From Azolla caroliniana (Eukaryota > Plantae > Polypodiophyta), in assembly GCA_043228905.1 (NCBI GenBank), contig JBHGNT010000742.1:1-16522 (forward strand): a DNA stretch of 16,522 nt, read 5' to 3'. A program made the position numbers and the translations under genes. The stretch's first letter is position 1; the number at the start of each line of letters is the position of its first letter. This document shows positions 10,701 to 16,522 of this stretch, piece by piece. The notes below the pieces were generated by a model. That model was not told the DNA's origin, searched no databases, and saw nothing but the letters and a program-made list of their open reading frames with translations.

Positions 10701-11767
10701 TGTATCACGATGGTCTTATGGACATATTTCAGCCTCTAGTAGAAGACAATATTTCTTATTTTCTATCGTTCTCATTTAGCAGCTAGCTTAGTTCTCTTAT
10801 TTCATCTTTTGCATTTTCTTTCTGCTATGCCATTTTAAAATCCTCTCCCTACAATAATTGCTGGCCCCATGGGTTGAGTTGGACACCAGTGGCTGTTAAT
10901 ATATCATCATCACCATCTTCCATTCAAAGTGAGAGAGGCAATTACCCACTCGGCATTTGCATACTCTGCCCCAAATAACTAATCAGGGGAATGAGGACAA
11001 GGAGCATTCTACACTATGATGTGAAGCATTAAAAGCCATCAGACAATGTTATCCACGATCAATGACTCAATGTACAACAGCTTCTTCGGCACATATATAT
11101 GCCATCTACTTGATCAAAACGACTTTAAATATATAAGCCATGTATGGTGACCTTAAAATGAAGAGGAGACTATTACAATGCTCGTTTTGGGTTCCATAAG
11201 CCATGGTTCCAGTCTATTATGAACATTAAACTATCAAAATCATCATCTCTCTCAAAAAAAAAAAATAGCATTATGCATCTAAAGTTAAAATGAATTCCAT
11301 GACCTCTCAATATCTACAATTGGCATTTAAAAAATACCAAAATTCTTGAACCCCATAACAGGTCATTAGAAAAATAAGGTCTCTCATGCAATCACCACAT
11401 GAGTTCCAGCCAATGTGTAGCATGCCTTATTCATATACATGCCTTCATTTTTCCAGAAAAAATTAGAGCTTTAATCAGAGAGTAAAGCAAAATGAGTGTT
11501 TCGCCTCTATATGCACAAACCCTGTGACAGGGACAAAATTGAGAAGGTCCATCCATCAAGGTTCAGTTGAATTGTACTAGATTTTCATACATTACAACAA
11601 AACGTATCTAGAGCCACACAATGGACAACGAAGTAATTTAAAGATACCTTAGAAGATTGAAATCCATGACACAGGATGACAATATGGTCCGAGCCAGTGT
11701 CTTCCAAGACACCAATCATCTTCTCTCCCCTTGAGTTTGGAATGCTAAGTATTCGGCAAGAATCCAT
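6510..11767 (-). CDS. Alpha/beta-hydrolase superfamily protein (Hydrolase_4 / serine aminopeptidase S33-like esterase), 274 aa, with C-terminal PTS1; complement(join(6510..6750,6931..7024,7112..7276,7386..7507,7596..7678,11648..11767))
   Basis: Six exons (120+83+122+165+94+241=825 nt), all GT-AG and phase-compatible. Motifs are LCHGF (oxyanion), FRFDFAGSGESEGEFRYGNY, GHSKGG (nucleophile), HGSKD (acid) and EDADH (His). The protein ends ASRL*. Confidence 0.93.
6931..7276 (-). CDS. Alpha/beta-hydrolase coding exons 4 (7112-7276) and 5 (6931-7024)
   Basis: GNAVLLYASKY...GYVDVKDRS and NLIYRVTKHSLKERLSTNM, separated by an 87-bp GT-AG intron (7025-7111). Confidence 0.92.
7386..7678 (-). CDS. Alpha/beta-hydrolase coding exons 2 (7596-7678) and 3 (7386-7507), absent from the ORF track
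   Basis: Manual translation gives EDAVVVNLASDFVSNGMSTFRFDFAGSG and ESEGEFRYGNYWEDAEDLRCVICYLRSFGSKVNVLVGHSK, with canonical splice sites. Confidence 0.92.
7693..7768. repeat. (CT)38 microsatellite, read as (AG)38 on the hydrolase pre-mRNA
   Basis: Read directly; it ends 12 nt before the acceptor AG at 7680-7679. Confidence 0.98.
8150..9630 (+). mobile_element. Highly decayed non-LTR (LINE) ORF2 C-terminal remnants in the hydrolase intron, probably two pieces (~8150-8500 and ~8600-9630)
   Basis: Fragmentary translations AQISSSHQ...EEKRL...PIYHNI (8276-8430), GVPHYIV (~8899), LTKFRTT (~9469) and KSEHLIYT (~9568) resemble the LINE C-terminal 'AQLRTSSH.L..E.GR...EER.C..C...E.E.H....C..Y' region. 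Many frameshifts. Confidence 0.35.
9650..11160 (-). mobile_element. Decayed LINE reverse-transcriptase remnant in the hydrolase intron
   Basis: Colinear degenerate RT-like motifs on the minus strand: VDNIV* (~11050), GASNYC (~10860; cf. PSNYR), LL*VYLDAL (~10530; cf. LFGLYIDEL), IPVVFSDLILL (~10450; cf. LLFADDLVL) and EEVNYL (~10370; cf. YKYLG). Stops and frameshifts throughout. Confidence 0.5.
11648..11767 (-). CDS. Alpha/beta-hydrolase coding exon 1 (MDSCRILSIPNSRGEKMIGVLEDTGSDHIVILCHGFQSSK)
   Basis: Acceptor ACAG|GC ATG at 11770/11769, donor AAG|GTATCT at 11648/11647, and a family-typical IPN..GEK..G.L..TGS..IV.LCHGF start. Confidence 0.92.
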
Positions 11768-12080
11768 GCCTGTCGTATAGAGGAAGAAATTAGCCAATTC
11801 TAAATGAGTATATTTTGAAGAACGATCACTCAACTCGTCAACAATTGCGAAAATCTCCCTTTTTACTGTACAACGATTTGAATTTGTGCTACAACGAGGA
11901 GAAGTGGATGTATCCCTCTGCATGAAAAACGGCAATTGTGTGAGGTCGTTATTCAGAGTTCTTTATATATTTTCTAGCGCTGAATAGATCGAGGCTAGAT
12001 TGATTGTCATCGACTAGTCGTGCTCATAAACAGAAGAAGAAGAGATTGAAAGATTCCAAATACAGAAAAAAAATATGCAC

Positions 12081-12200
12081 CTTGAGGAAACGATCGTGTG
12101 TTGGGGACTGATCTTCGTGTGCGGAATCTATTCCATGCGTCAAATCCGAAGGATCAGGAAGGAAAGCGACGAAGAGAGAGAGAGAGAGAGACCCCTTCGA
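12081..12200 (-). other. Probable non-coding 5' UTR exon of the hydrolase gene (intron 11770-12080)
   Basis: CT-rich leader, donor CAAG|GTGCAT at 12081/12080, and no in-frame ATG before an in-frame TGA. The transcription start is not determined. Confidence 0.55.
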
Positions 12201-12469
12201 TTGGATTGCGCAGAGCTTTTATGGAAATAAACTGATAACACTCTACATACTATGTACTCTGTCTCTCTGTCTCTCTCTGTCGCTCTATGCATGACATATG
12301 TATGTGTATGTATAATTAATTGTATGTATGGCCATGTTTTTGTATATGTATAGACCGTCATGTATGTATGTGTATGTATGGCCATGTGCTCGTGTCTATT
12401 AGCTACCAATTCAAAAACAGGGCTGGCGAGGGAATCGCGGCCACGGACAATGCAGGTCGTTCAGTTCAA

Positions 12470-14289
12470 CTGGTGGCGCATGCGATTTGCACCGTCCGAT
12501 TTGGATAAGAAAGAACGTGCGATAAAAAAGATGTCAGAGGTCGCCTAACATTGAGTCAGTCCTCAGTCGCCCAACCCCGTTAGTAGTTAGTTGGCCAACT
12601 CAGTCCTCGGTCGCCCAACCCTGTCATTGTAGGTCGCCCAATTGCTTGACTATATTAGAACAATTAATGAAGTAATAAATAAAAGCAAAGCAATATTGAA
12701 AGTTAATGGTTTAGTGGTTAAAGTTATTTCTTACATTTATTAGGTGCAAAGTTCAAATTAGTGAGAAGAGTGTTTATTTTGCTTATTGGTCAATTTTGGG
12801 GCCATTTAGGTTTTCTTCTTCTTTCTTTTTTAGGGTTTTGACGTTTGGTTTTGGGATTTTAGCAACTAGCTATTGATTTTTGCATGTATATTAATGTATT
12901 CCTCCCATCAATGAGGAAGAGATTAATATATTATTGATTCAATATGTGAAGCTTATCAATCCATATATGTGCTACATATCAATCACACTATTGGGCCATG
13001 GCAATACAACATTTCTTTCTAGTGCACCTTTTCCGTAGATTATATAGTTTGTAACAAAAGTACAAATGCAAAACCAACTTACTATAATAATGAAAAATGT
13101 TTCAAATCAAACCGCCATTACAGCTAAGGTAAAAAAAAAACAATAATTCATTCGACTAGAGAAAAGTAATGGAAACAATTCTACATTAGGTTTTAGGGTC
13201 GCACACTAACAAATTGCTCCTAAGAAAATGGCTTTAAAACACAATACCATTCCCTTAAAAATGCAACACTAAAAAAGAGGTTAACAAATTTTGCTTATAA
13301 GATGAGAAGTTTACTAAACAAGATAAAATCTCAAGAATATTGATATTTGTGACAAAGAAATATTTGCCTAAGCCTAATATAACATATGAAGATCATAAAA
13401 GAGCGATATGTATAACATTACATAGTATTTTGTAGATATAATTAGAAATCTTTGAGTGAAACTTATTTCACTTAATGGAATCTGTTACTAAACCCCAACA
13501 TGTTTTCTTCTTTTCATATTTCATCTATGTAGTCAATGGTGTACCTCTTGTTACATGCAAATGAACACAAATTAAATCTTAATATACCTAAGTTAGGATT
13601 TAAGCTGAATAACATTTCTCCTAAGTTAATAAAGTTGACCAAAAATTTACCTTGTAGTAGTCAACCTCCATGCTGAAATTTACCAATTTAGTTTTCCATT
13701 TCATGAGGGATATATAAATGAAGTTAAAATTTTATTTATTTATTTATTTATTTTTCGGGCTTGGGGTTAAGAGGCATCCACCTTGCTTAAAAGTAGTTTA
13801 AACTATATAACCTGTTGAATAATGTTTGTAACAATGATTTTATGTTATGCATCATGGCTTGCTCTAATGGAAAATATCATTGGTTTCACCCTAATTTAAG
13901 ACATAATACAATGATGATAATGATTCTCAACAAAGCTACATAATATACAAATGAAAATTTGATCCCAAGATATATTTACATATCATTTCAAAACTGTTGA
14001 AATTGCTCCCAACAGAAAAAGGCCATGTACTGAACAATAATTTCTCGAATAGCAACTGCTGGATTATCAACATTTGAAATCTACTTAATTGCCACAGTCT
14101 TTTGTTTGTTCATACAAACCACTTTGGCCACTTAAAACACCGTAATGTAGTAATATTTTCCTCACCATGCCAAGAAGACCGACTTATTTCAGCTATACAT
14201 GTAGACAACTACAAAAACCAATACGCTTATTAAAGGGCATAGAAATACAACTTCATAGTGTACCATTCCAATACTTTTATTAGTATAGA
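12470..14289 (-). mobile_element. Candidate non-autonomous Helitron
   Basis: The minus strand reads A|TCTATACTAATAAAAG from 14290/14289, a typical plant Helitron 5' terminus. A possible degenerate 3' end is a GTGC-AAATC-GCAT hairpin followed by CCAG|T at 12470 (consensus CTAG|T). The interior is AT-rich and non-coding. The 3' boundary is uncertain. Confidence 0.4.
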
Positions 14290-14368
14290 TAAGTTGTCCA
14301 GGGGCATACCTCAGCAAGAAACAACAATCAAATAAGCTTGGTGAAAGTAATGTAATTAACTAACAATA

Positions 14369-15131
14369 TGTTGTGTAAAGGTGTCCCTCCTTGCGGGGGA
14401 GTCGGCCGAAAAGTCGACTTAAGAGTCAGTTGGTCGAAATCGGCTGAGAAGCCGAAATGTGTCGGATTACTGAAAACAACCGAAAAGCCGAAAATAGTCG
14501 GATTATCGAATTTGGCCGAAGTCGGTCGGAGAGCAAAAGAATGGTCGGTTTGCCGAAGAACCGAATCGGGGGTCAATTGACCGAATTCAGTGAGAAAGCC
14601 GAATTCGTACTCAATCAAATGGACACATATACATATACATATGCCTTCTTACATATAAAGTAAAAATGACCTAGTATATATATATGCCAACAGGCCTGGT
14701 AGTATATATGTATGAGGGAAAAACGAGTTGTATGTATGTGTAACTCTAAGAACGACTGAGTTTTCTACACACTAGTGGCTGTGTAAGAGTATACGTACTC
14801 AGAAGCTAAGAGAGAAGAAAAGAAGAGAGAATCAAAAGAGAAACAAAGAGTGAAAGACAGAGAAGCTTGGGAAGCTTCAAAAGGAATAGACGTCTATGTG
14901 CTAGGGTTTGGATGCGGTCGGCTGAAATCGTGGTTTCAGCACACTCCCATACCAAATCAGGTTTTATTGTTCTGATTGTATTTCGTAATTGCTCATAGTG
15001 AAATTTCCTATTCCCGTGGTTTTTCCCTGAAATCAGGGTTTTCCACGTAAATCGTGTGTTCTTCATTTTCTGTTTGGGTCTAAGTTCGATTTCTGATTTT
15101 TTGTCTGAGTGAAACTCTATCTCAATATACA
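14369..15131 (+). mobile_element. Solo or isolated LTR (copia-like), ~760 bp
   Basis: TG start (TGTTGTGTA), a CCGA/TCGG-rich U3-like array (14400-14610), TATA-like TATATATA (~14675), an AG-rich leader, the plant-LTR-type motif GGGTTTTCCACGTAAA (~15036-15051), a T-rich U5 and a CA end (15124 or 15131). No clean 5-bp TSD found. Confidence 0.65.
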
Positions 15132-15515
15132 CTTTTTATTTCAAGCCTCAGTTGATGTATGGAGAAGAGATGGAACTAGCATTTTGAGTACTATATAGCA
15201 AGTCTCTATCTATCACAAATAATCATGAAAGATGCTTCCTGCCAAATGATATCGAGACATACAGAGAGCAATAAGAATCGTTAACCTTGAACAGACATAC
15301 GTTGCAGTTGATGATATTAAGATAAAACGGAACAACCAGTATTTTGAATCCTTTACTTTACATAGATCAATAAGAAGAGAACGAATTCAGAAATAGATTT
15401 CATTAATGTATGAAGCAGATATATTTCATGAAGAGATGGACCTTACATCAATCAGACAGGAAAACCAAGTGATCAAAGGGTGGGAAGCAGTCAATATTTT
15501 GTATCCCTAACCGAC

Positions 15516-15516
<1 letters not shown>

Positions 15517-15562
<46 letters not shown>
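15517..15562. repeat. (AC)23 microsatellite
   Basis: Read directly from the sequence. Confidence 0.97.
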
Positions 15563-15564
<2 letters not shown>

Positions 15565-15739
15565 CAGAAATAGACCCTCAAAGAATATGTCGATCTGCTC
15601 CCATGAAACAGTAAAAAATAGGTTCTTTTGTCAGCCCAACATCTCGATACTCTAGAAACACCCATGATGAAGACTCTGTTTATACATGTACCCCCGATAC
15701 ATGCTAAGTGTGAAAAGGCCAAATTTGGTCTTCCACTTA

Positions 15740-16522
15740 GTTGTGTGTGGAGAGAGAGAGAGAGAGAGAGTTAGTGAGTGAGAGTTTGCTTCCTCTCTGT
15801 GGTTTTTTTCCCCTTTTCTCTGTTGCAAAGATTCACTACCTCTTCATCTCTCATGTAACCTCCACCCTCCTGTTGTATTGAGAGTTGTCTATAGAATCCC
15901 TTTGTTGCTCGCCCCCTGTTCCTGCCGTGCACACTACAACTAAGAAGGAACACCACTCCTTCATCCTTGTTGTCCTTGCATCACAATTCGGAGTAGATCA
16001 GAACAATTCCCTCTTGGTTTTCTGCTCTATCGACTTACAACAATGGTGTCAGAGCTTGGGAAACAACGATAGGAAACTTTGGAGTCGGAAGCAACGTGCG
16101 CCCGAGACTCGTAGCAATGGCGTAGGAGATTCATGTGGCGAGCATTGGAGTATCGGGCTTGGTTGAAGCATCTACCTACTGTTGGGCATCTCTAGTATCT
16201 TCGACATTGAAGAAAGGAGCCTACTATTCACAGGTATTTCTCTTGGTTAAACTCTTCGTTTATCCATCATAAGAGAAACATTTTTTGGTGGAAATAAGTT
16301 GTGGTGGGAGAGACCCCTTGTCACATTTGGAAGAGAGATTTGGGGTCAGTGTGAATGTATGGCAAAGCAGATGCCTACAGTTTGTGATTCAGGAGATGTA
16401 CGCTAGTTAATATTGTTTTTTTTTTCCAAAAAAACATCTTCTTCATTAGTAGAAACTTGTACATCCATGACAAAATGATTACAGTAACAACCTTGTAAAG
16501 GCTGTAGCCGTGGTAGACCAAT
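15740..16522 (+). mobile_element. 5' LTR end, primer-binding site and decayed internal leader of an LTR retrotransposon
   Basis: ...TTACAACA (LTR end at 16042), a 1-nt spacer, then TGGTGTCAGAGC (16044-16055). The LTR start is uncertain; TGTTGTA at 15871 is a 7-bp inverted match to the end. No intact gag in the window. Confidence 0.6.
16044..16055 (+). other. Retrotransposon primer-binding site (initiator tRNA-Met type)
   Basis: 11/12 match to the canonical TGGTATCAGAGC, located immediately after CAACA-A. Confidence 0.7.

Noticed and set aside
11770-11935. N-terminal extension of ORF 11585..11935
   Set aside because: It lies before a clear acceptor (pyrimidine tract plus ACAG at 11770) and has no family-like sequence, so it is most likely intron.
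13645-13671. Minus-strand MEVDYYKV, resembling a DnaJ N-terminus (MGVDYYK)
   Set aside because: Only 7-8 codons with no J-domain continuation (no HPD motif), which is compatible with chance.
14328-15132. Overlapping ORFs in the CCGA-rich region
   Set aside because: They are a by-product of GC-rich repeated motifs within an LTR, with no protein-like features.

Overview
Eukaryotic plant nuclear DNA, not prokaryotic. It has GT-AG introns, long GA/CT/AC microsatellites and decayed LTR, LINE and Helitron-like sequence. A non-flowering land plant such as a fern is my inference from gene content and repeat style. I reconstructed two intact, convergent spliced genes by hand. (1) + strand, join(2573..2726,2824..3179), 169 aa: a chloroplast-transit-peptide exon joined to a ~115-aa domain resembling a conserved cyanobacterial hypothetical protein (FCNPN..P.PF.AKVLIT motif). 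(2) - strand, six coding exons from 11767 to 6510, 274 aa: an alpha/beta-hydrolase with a GHSKGG nucleophile, an intact Ser-Asp-His triad and a C-terminal peroxisomal SRL signal. Its ~4-kb first coding intron holds LINE relics and an (AG)38 tract abutting the splice acceptor. The rest is local tandem duplications, a minisatellite, LTR fragments (one with an initiator-Met PBS) and a candidate non-autonomous Helitron. Most ORFs in the supplied track are spurious. I found no CRISPR, rRNA, intact tRNA or convincing novel multi-gene system. The best lead is the uncharacterised cyanobacterial-type plastid protein.
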